From an uncultured Clostridia bacterium (GTDB taxonomy: Bacteria; Bacillota; Clostridia; TANB77; CAG-508): a DNA stretch of 64,000 nucleotides. The notes beneath the pieces were generated by a model. That model searched no databases. It worked only from the letters and a program-made list of their open reading frames with translations, and was not told the DNA's origin. Location: NCBI GenBank assembly GCA_944386775.1, contig CALXCJ010000002.1, positions 221 through 64,220 of the forward strand, in the 5' to 3' direction. Below are positions 1-9,249 of the stretch, piece by piece (the first letter of the stretch is position 1; every line of letters starts with the position of its first letter). Made by a program: the position numbers and the translations under genes.

Positions 1-1433
1 GCTTTGGCTGCTTGAATTACTTCATCATCTGTTGCATCTTCTTTGCTGTATTTGATATTTTCTTTTACTGTTCCTCCAAATAGCCAAGTGTCTTGTAATA
101 CCATTCCGAACATTTTTCTAAGTTCTCCACGTTTAAAGTCTTTTATATTATGTCCATCTACTAAAATTTCTCCATCTGTTACATCATAAAATCTCATAAG
201 TAATTTTACCATTGTTGTTTTTCCAGCTCCTGTTGGTCCAACAATTGCAATTTTTTGTCCTTCTTTTACTTTGCTTGTGAAGTCATGGATTATAAGACTG
301 TCTGGATTGTATCCAAATTTTACGTGTTTAAATTCTACATTTCCTTTTAATTTAGCTGTATCAATACTTCCTTTTGATGTATCTACTTCTTCTTTTTCTT
401 CTAAGAATTCAAATATTCTTTCTGCTGCTGCTACCATTGATTGAAGCATGCTAGATATTTGTGCAATTTGGTTTATTGGCTGAGTGAATTGTTTGTTGTA
501 TTGGATAAAACTTTGTATATTTCCTACAGTTATTGTGCCATTTATTGCTAGATATCCACCTGCAACGGCAACTCCTACATACCCTATATTTGATATGAAG
601 TTCATTACTGGATGCATAAGTCCTGATAAAAATTGTGATTTCCATCCTGACCTATATAATTCTAAATTTGCTTTTTCAAAGTCTTTTGTTACTTTTTCTT
701 CTCCATTGAATACTTTTACTATATTTAGTCCACTATAAACTTCTTCTACTTGACCATTTACATGTCCTAAATAGTCTTGTTGTTTTGCGAAATATTTTTG
801 TGATCTGCCCACTATTATTTTTACAAAAATTCCTGCAACTGGCAAGATTACAAGTGATATAAGTGTCATTTGCCAGCTTATCGAAAACATCATAACTAGT
901 ATTCCTATTATTGTACATATTGATGTTATTATTTGTGTTATACTTTGATTTAAGTTCATGCTTAAAGTGTCTATATCATTTGTGATTATTGATAAAACTT
1001 CACCATGTGTTTTTTTATCAAAATAATTCATATGTAATTTATTAATTTTTGTTGCTATATCATTTCTTAATTTATATGTAATTTTTTGTGCGACACCTGT
1101 CATTGTGAATCCTTGCACAAATGAGAATATTGCACTTATTATATATAAAGCAATTAATGTTAAAGCAATTTGTAAGATTTTGCCAAAATCTATTCCTGTC
1201 CCTCCAGATATTTTGCTAACTATTCCATTGAAAATTTCAGTTGTAGCATTACCTAATATCTTTGGACCTACTATTGTAAATATTGTACTACCAACTGCAA
1301 ATAGTATTACTACAAGTATTGCTATTTTGTATTTTGATAAATATGAATTTATTAGTTTTTTAGTAGTTTTTTTGAAATCTTTTGGCTTTTCTATTTGTTG
1401 ACCTCTCCTAAGTCCTCCCATTGGTCCTGGCAT
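1..1433 (-). CDS. ABC exporter permease/ATP-binding half-transporter, 3' end cut by window edge
   Basis: Minus-strand frame is open from ATG at 1433 (GGAG 7 nt upstream) to position 1. N-terminus reads MPGPMGGLRRGQQIEKPKDF, followed by a TM domain. Walker A GPTGAGKTT is encoded around 215-250. It lies 47 nt downstream of the partner gene. Confidence 0.85.
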   Translation of the reverse strand, partial: MPGPMGGLRRGQQIEKPKDFKKTTKKLINSYLSKYKIAILVVILFAVGSTIFTIVGPKILGNATTEIFNGIVSKISGGTGIDFGKILQIALTLIALYIISAIFSFVQGFTMTGVAQKITYKLRNDIATKINKLHMNYFDKKTHGEVLSIITNDIDTLSMNLNQSITQIITSICTIIGILVMMFSISWQMTLISLVILPVAGIFVKIIVGRSQKYFAKQQDYLGHVNGQVEEVYSGLNIVKVFNGEEKVTKDFEKANLELYRSGWKSQFLSGLMHPVMNFISNIGYVGVAVAGGYLAINGTITVGNIQSFIQYNKQFTQPINQIAQISSMLQSMVAAAERIFEFLEEKEEVDTSKGSIDTAKLKGNVEFKHVKFGYNPDSLIIHDFTSKVKEGQKIAIVGPTGAGKTTMVKLLMRFYDVTDGEILVDGHNIKDFKRGELRKMFGMVLQDTWLFGGTVKENIKYSKEDATDDEVIQAAK

Positions 1434-1480
1434 TTTCATTCTCCTTTCACAAATTTTTATTTTGTATCTTCAACATTTAA

Positions 1481-3766
1481 CTATCCACCAAGTTCTTTTT
1501 CAGATAATTGTGATAATGCTATTTGCCTATATGTTTCGTTATTTTTCATTAACTCGTCATGTGTTCCTATTCCTACAATTTTTCCTTCTTCTAGAACTAT
1601 TATCTGGTCTGCATTTAATATTGTACTTATTCTTTGTGCAACTATTATTACTGTTTTGTTTTTAGTTTTCTTTGATAGTTCTTCTCTTAATTTGCTATCT
1701 GTTTTAAAGTCTAATGCTGAAAAACTATCATCAAATACAAATATTTCTGGGTCTTTTGCTATTGCTCTTGCTATTGATAAACGTTGTTTTTGACCTCCTG
1801 ATACATTTCCTCCACCTTGAGAGATTGGACTTTTATATTTTTCTTCTTTTTCCTCTATAAATTCTGTTGCTTGTGCAATACTTGCAGCATCAATCATACG
1901 TTCATCTGACATATTTTCGTCTGCATATTTTATGTTTGATTCTATTGTTCCTGAAAATAGTATTCCTTTTTGTGGTACAAATCCTATTATATCTCTTAAA
2001 TCTTTTTGAGATACATCTTTTACATTAACACCATCTATGCAAAGTTCTCCTTCTGTTACATCATAAAATCTAGGTATTAAGTTTACTATTGTAGATTTTC
2101 CACTTCCTGTACTTCCTATTATTGCAGTTGTTTTTCCTGGCTCTGCTGTGAAGTTTATATCTTCTAGTATTTCTGTGTCTGCATCTGGGTACCTAAATGA
2201 TACATTTTTGAATTCAACAAGTCCTTTTTTGGTTTCGTCAAATTTCTTTAATTCTTTTTTGTCTTTTATGCTAGGTTCTTTTTCTAATACTTCATTTATA
2301 CGTCTTGCAGATACTGCAGCTCTTGGTAGCATTATTGAAATCATTGATATCATTAAGAATGCCATTACTATTTGCATTGTATATTGGATAAATGCCATCA
2401 TGTCTCCAACTTGCATAACTCCTTGGTCTACATTGTGTCCTCCTACCCATACTATTAATATTGTAATTGAGTTCATAATAAGCATAAGAAGTGGCATCAT
2501 CATTGACATTGCTCTGTTTACAAATATATTTGATTTCATTAGGTCTTTGTTTGCTACATCAAATCTTTTTTCTTCTTTCTTTTCTGTGTTAAATGCTCTT
2601 ATTACTGGTATACCTGTTAGGATTTCTCTTGATACTTCATTTAATTTGTCTATTAAGTCTTGTAATTTTTTGAATTTTGGCATTGCTATTGCAAATAGAG
2701 TTCCTACTACAAATAAAATTGCAAGTATAGCTATACCTATTATCCAAGCCATTGAATTGTCTGCACTTGTTAATACTTTTACAAATCCACCTATTCCTAT
2801 TATTGGTGCATATACTACTACTCTAAATAGTAGTGTTATTAATTGTTGGATTTGTTGTATATCGTTTGTGCTTCTTGTAATTAAAGATGCTGTTGAAAAT
2901 TCAGTTAGTTCTGCATTTGAAAATCTTATTACTTTTTTGAATACTTTTTCTCTTAATGTTTTTCCAAGTTTTGCTGCAACTCTAGATGATAAAAGCATTA
3001 TTAGTACTGCAGATACCATACTTATAAGTGCTATTCCAAGCATTTGAAATCCTGATTTTAAAATGTAGTCATTTTGAATTTTATCTGTATCTGCTCCAAC
3101 ATTTGCATAAATTTGCTTTACTTCTGTAATTGCTGCTTGCTCTTTTATTGAGTCTGACATTTGTGATACTTGCTGTGTAAATTGGTTTAAAATTGCTTCT
3201 TTTTCTTGCCTGCTTAGTCCTTCTAATATTTCTAGCACTTCTAAGTTATTTATTTGCTCTTTTTGCTCTTCTGGAAGGTTTTGAGTTAAGTTTTCTTTTA
3301 TTTTATTTGCTGTTTCTTCATTTGTTATTGCCGCCATTTCCATTATTGGAGTTAACATTTTGTCTTCCAAATTTTCTAAAGTTTCATCATCTAAATCTTT
3401 TAGTATGTAAGTTTCTCCTTCTTCTAGGCTTGCTTCTTTTCCTAAATATTTTGTTTTTATTTGTTCTTGATGCTTAGTTAAATTACTTCCAACTAATTCA
3501 TAATTTTCTTGAATCTCTTCTGGATTTTCTGCGAAGAATAAAATTGCATCTAGGTCTTTTTTAGTTAGAATTTCTGGAACTGCATTTTCTATTCCTCCTG
3601 ATTGAATGCCTTCATTTACTATTTTTGATGTGTAGTCTGGAAGTGCTAAGTCAGTTGCAGCTTGAATACATAGTAGTATTATAATTATTATTACTGCAAA
3701 TATAGAATTTTTAAGATTTTTTAAGACTTTTAACATGTTTTTCTCCCTTCTATTAATTTGAAACAA
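1481..3766 (-). CDS. ABC exporter permease/ATP-binding half-transporter with a long acidic extracytoplasmic insert after TM1
   Basis: 761-aa ORF. Walker A GSTGSGKST, signature VSGGQKQRLSIARA, Walker B IFVFDDSFSALD, and an N-terminal six-TM-type domain. Paired with the downstream half-transporter. Confidence 0.9.
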   Translation of the reverse strand: MFQINRREKNMLKVLKNLKNSIFAVIIIIILLCIQAATDLALPDYTSKIVNEGIQSGGIENAVPEILTKKDLDAILFFAENPEEIQENYELVGSNLTKHQEQIKTKYLGKEASLEEGETYILKDLDDETLENLEDKMLTPIMEMAAITNEETANKIKENLTQNLPEEQKEQINNLEVLEILEGLSRQEKEAILNQFTQQVSQMSDSIKEQAAITEVKQIYANVGADTDKIQNDYILKSGFQMLGIALISMVSAVLIMLLSSRVAAKLGKTLREKVFKKVIRFSNAELTEFSTASLITRSTNDIQQIQQLITLLFRVVVYAPIIGIGGFVKVLTSADNSMAWIIGIAILAILFVVGTLFAIAMPKFKKLQDLIDKLNEVSREILTGIPVIRAFNTEKKEEKRFDVANKDLMKSNIFVNRAMSMMMPLLMLIMNSITILIVWVGGHNVDQGVMQVGDMMAFIQYTMQIVMAFLMISMISIMLPRAAVSARRINEVLEKEPSIKDKKELKKFDETKKGLVEFKNVSFRYPDADTEILEDINFTAEPGKTTAIIGSTGSGKSTIVNLIPRFYDVTEGELCIDGVNVKDVSQKDLRDIIGFVPQKGILFSGTIESNIKYADENMSDERMIDAASIAQATEFIEEKEEKYKSPISQGGGNVSGGQKQRLSIARAIAKDPEIFVFDDSFSALDFKTDSKLREELSKKTKNKTVIIVAQRISTILNADQIIVLEEGKIVGIGTHDELMKNNETYRQIALSQLSEKELGG

Positions 3767-3958
3767 TTAGATTTGGATTGCCATTTTTTCTTTAAAAATG
3801 ACACTATATTATATTAGTTTATACAATATAGTGCCATTTTGTCAATTGCATTTTAGTAAATTTTATGTGATTTTTTTGTGAATAGTTACAATTCACGGTT
3901 TAAAACAGGCCGCCCTCTACATTTGAAAATTACGGCTATGAATTGTAACTGTGAATGA

Positions 3959-4609
3959 TTACATTTTTCTAAATACCCCTGCTACTTTTCCTAAAATTTC
4001 GCAGTTTGGTACTATTATTGGGTCCATTGTGCTGTTTTCTGGTTGTAATCTTATGTGGTCTTTTTCTTTGTAGAATGTTTTTACTGTTGCTTCATCTTCT
4101 ATTAGTGCTACTACTATTTCTCCATTTTCTGCTGTATTTTGCCTTTTTACTAGTATGTAGTCTCCGTCTAATATTCCTGCTTCTATCATGCTTTCTCCTC
4201 TAACTGTAAGCATAAAGCATTCTGAGTTTCCTACAAAGTCTATTGGTATTGGGAATGTGTCTGTTACATTTTCTACTGCAAGTATTGGTGCTCCTGCTGT
4301 TATTTTTCCTATTACTGGTACTTCTACTAGTTCTTTTTGTGTGTAAAAGTCTTTGCTTGATGTATTTTTTTCTTCTCCTTGTACTCCTTTTAATAGCCTT
4401 AGGGTTCTTCCTTTTTTGTCTTTTTTCTTGATATATCCTTTTTCTTCTAGTTTTGCAAGGTATCCGTGTACTGTTGCAGTTGAACTTAAACCTACTGCTT
4501 GACCTATTTCTCTTACTGATGGTGGGTACCCATCTGTCATTATTTGTTTTTCTATGAATTTTAGTATTTCTTTTTCTCTTTTATTTAGGTCTGTTTTCTT
4601 TTTTGGCAT
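3959..4609 (-). CDS. lexA: LexA SOS repressor
   Basis: Winged-helix region [30 protein letters not shown], autocleavage region [11 protein letters not shown], and peptidase S24 motifs GESM and KTFYKE. Start moved to MPKKK (ATG 4609), which has GGAG upstream. The track ORF begins 13 codons earlier. Confidence 0.9.
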   Translation of the reverse strand: MPKKKTDLNKREKEILKFIEKQIMTDGYPPSVREIGQAVGLSSTATVHGYLAKLEEKGYIKKKDKKGRTLRLLKGVQGEEKNTSSKDFYTQKELVEVPVIGKITAGAPILAVENVTDTFPIPIDFVGNSECFMLTVRGESMIEAGILDGDYILVKRQNTAENGEIVVALIEDEATVKTFYKEKDHIRLQPENSTMDPIIVPNCEILGKVAGVFRKM

Positions 4610-4638
4610 TTTTACCACTCCATTTCTCATTTTTTCAT

Positions 4639-4667
4639 ATAATATCATACAAACAAAAAAATGTCAA
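4639..4667 (-). promoter_or_regulatory. Candidate sigma-A promoter of lexA
   Basis: The minus strand reads TTGACA (4667-4662), a 17-nt spacer, then TATTAT (4644-4639), about 30 nt upstream of the lexA ATG. Confidence 0.45.
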
Positions 4668-4677
4668 ACAAAAGTTT
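4666..4677. promoter_or_regulatory. Weak candidate SOS-box-like dyad AAAC-N4-GTTT
   Basis: AAACAAAAGTTT is a palindrome abutting the lexA -35. It differs from the Firmicute GAAC-N4-GTTC core at the two outer symmetric positions. No better GAAC/GTTC dyad is present in this spacer. Confidence 0.2.
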
Positions 4678-4699
4678 TAATTTTTTTAAAAAAATTTAT

Positions 4700-4728
4700 T
4701 TGCAGATTATTATTTCTTATGGTATAAT
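4700..4728 (+). promoter_or_regulatory. Candidate sigma-A promoter of the YcxB-like gene
   Basis: TTGCAG (4700-4705), a 17-nt spacer, then TATAAT (4723-4728). Divergent from lexA. Confidence 0.45.
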
Positions 4729-4768
4729 TACCAAAACTAATTTGCTTTCTTTAAAGGAAGGAATATAT

Positions 4769-5296
4769 ATGAAACTATTATTTAAAAATAGAACTAAATA
4801 CACAAAACAAAATTATAGAAAATATCTAGAATTTCATCAAAAAAAATTTGGATTTAAGTATACGATATATACCCTTTTTATAATACTATTAATTCTTATA
4901 TGTATAATTTTGCAAATTCAGTACCGTAACTATCTTTTGGGTATTTCATTTATCTTAGCATGCATTATATTTTGGCTATGGAGATATTTTCGCCCAAGGT
5001 ATAATATCTCAAAAGAATTAAAAAAGGATATGTTAGTAAATGAAAAAGAATTTAGCTTTAAATTCTATGAAAAACATTTTGAAGTTTGGGACAAGCTAAA
5101 TTCAGAAAAATTAAAGTATGGTAAAATATATAGAGTTTATGAAACAGATTCATTTTTTTATTTATATTTAGATAAAGAACACGCTCTTTTACTTGAAAAA
5201 TCAGGATTTGTAATTGGGAAAAACGAAGATTTTGGTAAATTTATTAGAAAAGTTTCTTGGAGGTCAAAATTTAAACTTCCACAAAGTCGTAGCTAG
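4769..5296 (+). CDS. YcxB-like membrane protein (function unknown)
   Basis: Start set at ATG 4769 behind AAAGGAAGG. Two central TM helices, and a C-terminal pattern (YRVYETDSFFYLYLDKEHALLLEKSGF...FGKFI) typical of YcxB-like domains. Confidence 0.55.
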   Translation: MKLLFKNRTKYTKQNYRKYLEFHQKKFGFKYTIYTLFIILLILICIILQIQYRNYLLGISFILACIIFWLWRYFRPRYNISKELKKDMLVNEKEFSFKFYEKHFEVWDKLNSEKLKYGKIYRVYETDSFFYLYLDKEHALLLEKSGFVIGKNEDFGKFIRKVSWRSKFKLPQSRS

Positions 5297-5326
5297 TTTT
5301 AAATTTTTTACTAAAAAAGGAGGAAT

Positions 5327-5422
5327 ATGATATATTATTTATATTTATATTTATATTTAATTTATATTTATTTTTATTTATATATCTATTTATATTTAAT
5401 ATATCATAAAAGAAAAAAATGA
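5327..5422 (+). CDS. 31-codon Tyr/Leu/Ile-rich upstream ORF overlapping the murT start (speculative)
   Basis: AAAGGAGG at 5316-5323, then ATG at 5327 (only 3 nt spacing). Peptide is MIYYLYLYLYLIYIYFYLYIYLYLIYHKRKK. Its TGA stop overlaps the murT ATG as ATGA. It lies inside a TATATTTA-type low-complexity tract. Confidence 0.3.
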   Translation: MIYYLYLYLYLIYIYFYLYIYLYLIYHKRKK

Positions 5423-6738
5423 TTAATTATCTTACTATATTTTTTATAAAAATATTAAATATTATACTTAAGTTATTTGGCAAAAATGGCGGAAATATAC
5501 TTGGTAAAATGGCTCTTAAATTTAATAAAAATATATTTAGCCATTTTAAGGTAAACTGCCCCGTTATTGCAGTTACTGCAACAAATGGAAAAACCTCTAC
5601 AAATAACTGCATAAAATATACTTTAAGTAATGCAGGTTTTAAAGTTGTAAGTAATGTAGAAGGAAATAATATGGATACTGGTATATTATCTACTTTATTA
5701 AAGAATTGTACTATAAGTGGAAAAATTAAAGCAGATTTCCTTTGTTTTGAAGTTGATGAAAGCTATGTTCCGATTATTTTTAAATCATTTAGGTTAGATG
5801 CCCTAATTGTCTTGAACTTTTTTAGAGATCAATTAGATAGAAATGGTGAAGTTGAAACATTAATATTAAAAATTTATGATTTTTTAAAAACTTATAATGG
5901 AAATTTAATTTTAAATAATGATGATCCAAATGTTTCAAGATTAGGAAAAGCAAACCCTAATAACAAAAAAGTATATTATTTTAGTGTAGAAAAATATAAA
6001 TATGCAACAGAAACTATGAAAGAAGCTGGAGAAGGAAAATTTTGTCCATTTTGCAAAACAAAGCTTGTTTATGAATATTATCAATATTCACATATTGGAA
6101 AATTTAAATGTCCTAATTGCGGATATGGAGATAACAAAATTTATAAATACGCATATAATATTAATTTAGAAAAAAGATGTTTTGATGTAGATGGCATAAC
6201 TTATTCAATTCCTGGAAATAACATTTATACAATATATAATCATTTAGCAGTACTTGCTGTTTGCTCTTTGTATAATATTGACACTGAAATAGTTTTAAAA
6301 TCATTCAAAGATTTTTCTTTAAATAATGGAAGATCAGAAGAGATGTTAATTAAAAATTGTAAATCTATTATCAATTTAGCTAAAAACCCTACTGGTGCAA
6401 ATGTTAGTATCAGAATGCTAAATGAAAATGAAACTAAGAAAGATATGCTTTTTGTTTTAAATGATAATCTAGCAGATGGCAAAGATGTTTCTTGGATTTG
6501 GGATATTAATTTTGATAAATTAAATAATGTTGATAGAATTGTAACATCTGGCACTAGAGCATATGATATTGCAATTAGAATAAAAACTGCAGGTTTTGAT
6601 GAAAATAAAATTTTCCCTTTTTTAGATATGGAATCTGCTCTAGAAAAATTATATGAGACTTCTAATATAAAATATATAATTGCAAATTACACTGCTTTGC
6701 AACCAACTAGGGCGGCTTTAAAAAAGTTTAATAATTAA
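5419..6738 (+). CDS. murT: Lipid II isoglutaminyl synthase, Mur-ligase-like subunit MurT
   Basis: Mur ligase P-loop VTATNGKTSTNN and a Cys4 ribbon CPFCKTKL...CPNCG. The N-terminus aligns with the usual MurT N-terminal pattern. It is followed directly by gatD. Confidence 0.85.
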   Translation: MINYLTIFFIKILNIILKLFGKNGGNILGKMALKFNKNIFSHFKVNCPVIAVTATNGKTSTNNCIKYTLSNAGFKVVSNVEGNNMDTGILSTLLKNCTISGKIKADFLCFEVDESYVPIIFKSFRLDALIVLNFFRDQLDRNGEVETLILKIYDFLKTYNGNLILNNDDPNVSRLGKANPNNKKVYYFSVEKYKYATETMKEAGEGKFCPFCKTKLVYEYYQYSHIGKFKCPNCGYGDNKIYKYAYNINLEKRCFDVDGITYSIPGNNIYTIYNHLAVLAVCSLYNIDTEIVLKSFKDFSLNNGRSEEMLIKNCKSIINLAKNPTGANVSIRMLNENETKKDMLFVLNDNLADGKDVSWIWDINFDKLNNVDRIVTSGTRAYDIAIRIKTAGFDENKIFPFLDMESALEKLYETSNIKYIIANYTALQPTRAALKKFNN

Positions 6739-6771
6739 AAAAAATACTACCAATAAGAAAGGAATTCTATT

Positions 6772-7515
6772 ATGGAAAGTCTTAAAATTTTATATCTATA
6801 TCCAGACATACTAGAGCTATATGGTGACTATGGAAATATCCAAGTTTTGAAATATAGACTAGAAAAAAGAAACTTTATATGCACAATTGATAGATACTCT
6901 ATAGGTGATGATGCCCCAAACTTTCAAGATTACGATATTGTATTTGCTGGTGGTGGTGCAGATAATGAACAAAGTATTTTAGCAACTGATTTAATAAAGT
7001 ACAAAGAAAACATTAAGCTTGCTGTTAAATCTGGTACATTTTTTCTTTTAATTTGCGGTGCTTATCAACTTTTTGGAAAATATTACAAAGATTCAAATGG
7101 AAATACTACCCCAGGTCTTGAAATTTTTCCATATTATACAGCCTCAAACCCTGATAAAAAGAAAAGATGTATTGGAAATATTGTAATTGAAGCAACTTTA
7201 AATGAAAAAAAGACAAAAGTTATAGGTTTTGAAAATCATGGTGGACAAACCTTTGATGTTTTCTCTCCTTTTGGAAATGTGTTATGTGGAAATGGTAATA
7301 AATTTGGAGATAAATATGAAGGATTTTTCCTTGATAATGTAATTGCTACATATTTGCACGGTCCTTTACTTTCTAAAAACCCTGATGTTGCTGATTATAT
7401 TATTAAGTATTGCTTGGAAAGGAAGTATAATAGAGAATTTAAGTTGCAAGATTTAAATGATGAATTTGAAAATTTGTGTAGGAAACAATTATTGGATAAA
7501 TTTTTGAATAAATAG
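6772..7515 (+). CDS. gatD: Lipid II isoglutaminyl synthase, glutaminase subunit GatD (CobQ-type amidotransferase)
   Basis: 247 aa. Nucleophile context LLICGAYQLFG and a downstream YLHGPLL. Shows the conserved murT-gatD pairing. Confidence 0.85.
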   Translation: MESLKILYLYPDILELYGDYGNIQVLKYRLEKRNFICTIDRYSIGDDAPNFQDYDIVFAGGGADNEQSILATDLIKYKENIKLAVKSGTFFLLICGAYQLFGKYYKDSNGNTTPGLEIFPYYTASNPDKKKRCIGNIVIEATLNEKKTKVIGFENHGGQTFDVFSPFGNVLCGNGNKFGDKYEGFFLDNVIATYLHGPLLSKNPDVADYIIKYCLERKYNREFKLQDLNDEFENLCRKQLLDKFLNK

Positions 7516-7555
7516 CATTGTTACTAAAAATGTTTAGTTTATGTTTATTTAAAAG

Positions 7556-7742
7556 TTAAATAAATTATTATCAAAAAATTTATTAAAATTTAAATAAATA
7601 TAATTATTGTTCAAAAATTAATTTAAAATTAAATAAATAATTATTTTCCAGAAGATAATTTGAAATTTGAATAAATAATTATTGCCTAGAACTTAATTTA
7701 AAATTTAAATAAATAATTATTGCCCAAAAATTAATTTAAAAA
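7556..7742. repeat. Five degenerate 34-39 bp tandem units derived from the gatD 3' end
   Basis: TT(A/G)AATAAATAA recurs at 7556, 7590, 7629, 7667 and 7705, matching the gene end TTGAATAAATAG at 7504-7515. Three units contain the palindrome AATAATTATT. Confidence 0.8.
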
Positions 7743-7757
7743 TAAGTTAATTTTTGG
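7724..7757. terminator. Bidirectional hairpin between convergent gatD and the HNH gene
   Basis: CCAAAAATTAA (7724-7734) pairs with TTAATTTTTGG (7747-7757). The stem is 11 bp and AT-rich. Confidence 0.45.
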
Positions 7758-7801
7758 ACAATAATTTTAATGTCTTTTTCTGTAAACATAGTTTTAAAGT
7801 T

Positions 7802-8443
7802 TTAAATTACTTCCACATTATCTAAAACAATTACCGGTATTTCTTTTATACCTTTTGTTTTAGCAAACATTAATAACATGAACCCATCTAACAAAAAACC
7901 ATTTTTATCAACTACTATTGGCTTTTTTAAAATGCCATAAGTATTATAAAAATATTTTATAGTTCTAAGTTTGCCTTTACTATAATTTTCTTTTAAGTCA
8001 AATGTTGCTGTTATTTCTGTTATACTCCGTTTGGTTAACCAACTTTTTGGTATTTTATATTGGCCATATTTCATATTTTTATTAAATTCTCTTCTAAATT
8101 CCTTGCCTTTTCCATGTTTTTTAGCTGTTAAAAATGCTAAATATTCATTTTTAGTCATGTTATTTTTTTCATTATTGCAAGCTTTACAAGCTGGAATTAA
8201 ATTATTAGTAATTGTTGGCCCTCCAAAGTCTTGTGGAAACATATGATCTACAGTAATTTTTTCTTTTGGCAAATATCTACCACAATAGTGACACCTTAAG
8301 CCATATTTCCTATAAGTAATTTCATACATTACTGCTCTAAAAGATGTTCCTCTCCGTATTTTCAACTCCTTATTTTTTATAAATGCTACATTTTTGGTAG
8401 TATCACTATCCATAGTAAATTTTTTGGGTAATCTAATATACAT
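7802..8443 (-). CDS. HNH endonuclease fused to a ParB/sulfiredoxin-like C-terminal domain
   Basis: HNH core CHYCG...VDHMFP...NNLIPACKACNNEK. C-terminus PIVVDKNGFLLDGFMLLMFAKTKGIKEIPVIVLD resembles the ParB N-terminal fold, with DGFM in place of DGHH. GGAGG lies 7 nt before the ATG. Confidence 0.7.
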   Translation of the reverse strand: MYIRLPKKFTMDSDTTKNVAFIKNKELKIRRGTSFRAVMYEITYRKYGLRCHYCGRYLPKEKITVDHMFPQDFGGPTITNNLIPACKACNNEKNNMTKNEYLAFLTAKKHGKGKEFRREFNKNMKYGQYKIPKSWLTKRSITEITATFDLKENYSKGKLRTIKYFYNTYGILKKPIVVDKNGFLLDGFMLLMFAKTKGIKEIPVIVLDNVEVI

Positions 8444-8545
8444 TAATTTACCTCCTTAACTTTTTCATTGATTTTAATATATCACAATAATATTATTAAA
8501 TCAAGAAAAAATACATTATTTGTGATATTATTCGTCACTTTACAT

Positions 8546-9067
8546 TTATATCTTAAATTCTACAGGCTGATTCTCTTTTAAGCTTTCTTTAACATCTAGT
8601 ATCCTTTGGTTTGATGATCCTCTAAACCTTAATTTTAAATCTTTTTTATCTTCTTCAAATTTTCCGTCTACAACAACATCTATATATTTTAATAATTCCT
8701 TTGTTGTTTCATTTTCTTTTGCCATTTTTCCTACTACATCTTTTTCAAAATCAAAGCCAGTATAGCACCAAATATCTTTATCAGGAAATTTTTCTTTTAC
8801 CTTTTTTACAAGTGGAAGAAGCCCTTCTTGGTTTTGCTTTTCTAGGGGTTCACCTCCTAGAAGTGATAGCCCTGAAATGTAATCATGGTCTAAATAATTT
8901 ATCACCTCATCTACTTGCTTTTCTGTAAATTTATTTCCATAATTAAAATCCCATGCACATTGATTAAAACAACCTTTGCAGTGGTGATTACATCCACTTA
9001 CAAAAACAGATACTCTAACTCCTTCTCCATTTGCTACATCTACTCTTTTTATATCTGCATAGTTCAT
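8546..9067 (-). CDS. nrdG: Anaerobic ribonucleotide reductase activating protein (radical SAM)
   Basis: CNHHCKGC radical-SAM cluster motif in a 173-aa protein, immediately downstream of nrdD. Confidence 0.9.
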   Translation of the reverse strand: MNYADIKRVDVANGEGVRVSVFVSGCNHHCKGCFNQCAWDFNYGNKFTEKQVDEVINYLDHDYISGLSLLGGEPLEKQNQEGLLPLVKKVKEKFPDKDIWCYTGFDFEKDVVGKMAKENETTKELLKYIDVVVDGKFEEDKKDLKLRFRGSSNQRILDVKESLKENQPVEFKI

Positions 9068-9249
9068 TTTTCTATTCCCCCTTTTGCAAGAAATTTATAA
9101 TTTTGTTTAAACTAGGGAAAAGATTTTTCTTTTCCCCTTTTTTAATTTTTACTATTTATTTTTTATTTTCTTAAGCTTAGAGTAAGTCTTACGATATTTT
9201 TGGAGTTTATTTTTAATTTCAAATTATAAATATTCCAAAAGTTCATTTT

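Noticed and set aside
2148-3047. Long plus-strand ORFs antisense to real genes (also 51628-52311, 46059-46517, 42703-43137, 25070-25540 and many others in the track)
   Set aside because: They lie entirely inside well-supported minus-strand genes and have Leu/Phe/Ser/Ile-rich low-complexity translations with no RBS. They are shadow frames typical of AT-rich DNA.
4610-4768. N-terminal extensions of track ORFs (lexA from 4648, YcxB-like from 4661; likewise 30273, 44734, 28408, 35474, 50312, 19020)
   Set aside because: Internal ATGs preceded by GGAGG-type sites at proper spacing, and alignment to family N-termini, indicate shorter true genes. Several extensions start at non-ATG codons lying inside the RBS.
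9113-9142. Hairpin GGGAAAAG-ATTTTT-CTTTTCCC between nrdD and nrdG as a terminator
   Set aside because: The T-run follows the stem only on the plus strand, whereas both genes are on the minus strand. At most it is an mRNA structure within the nrdDG transcript.
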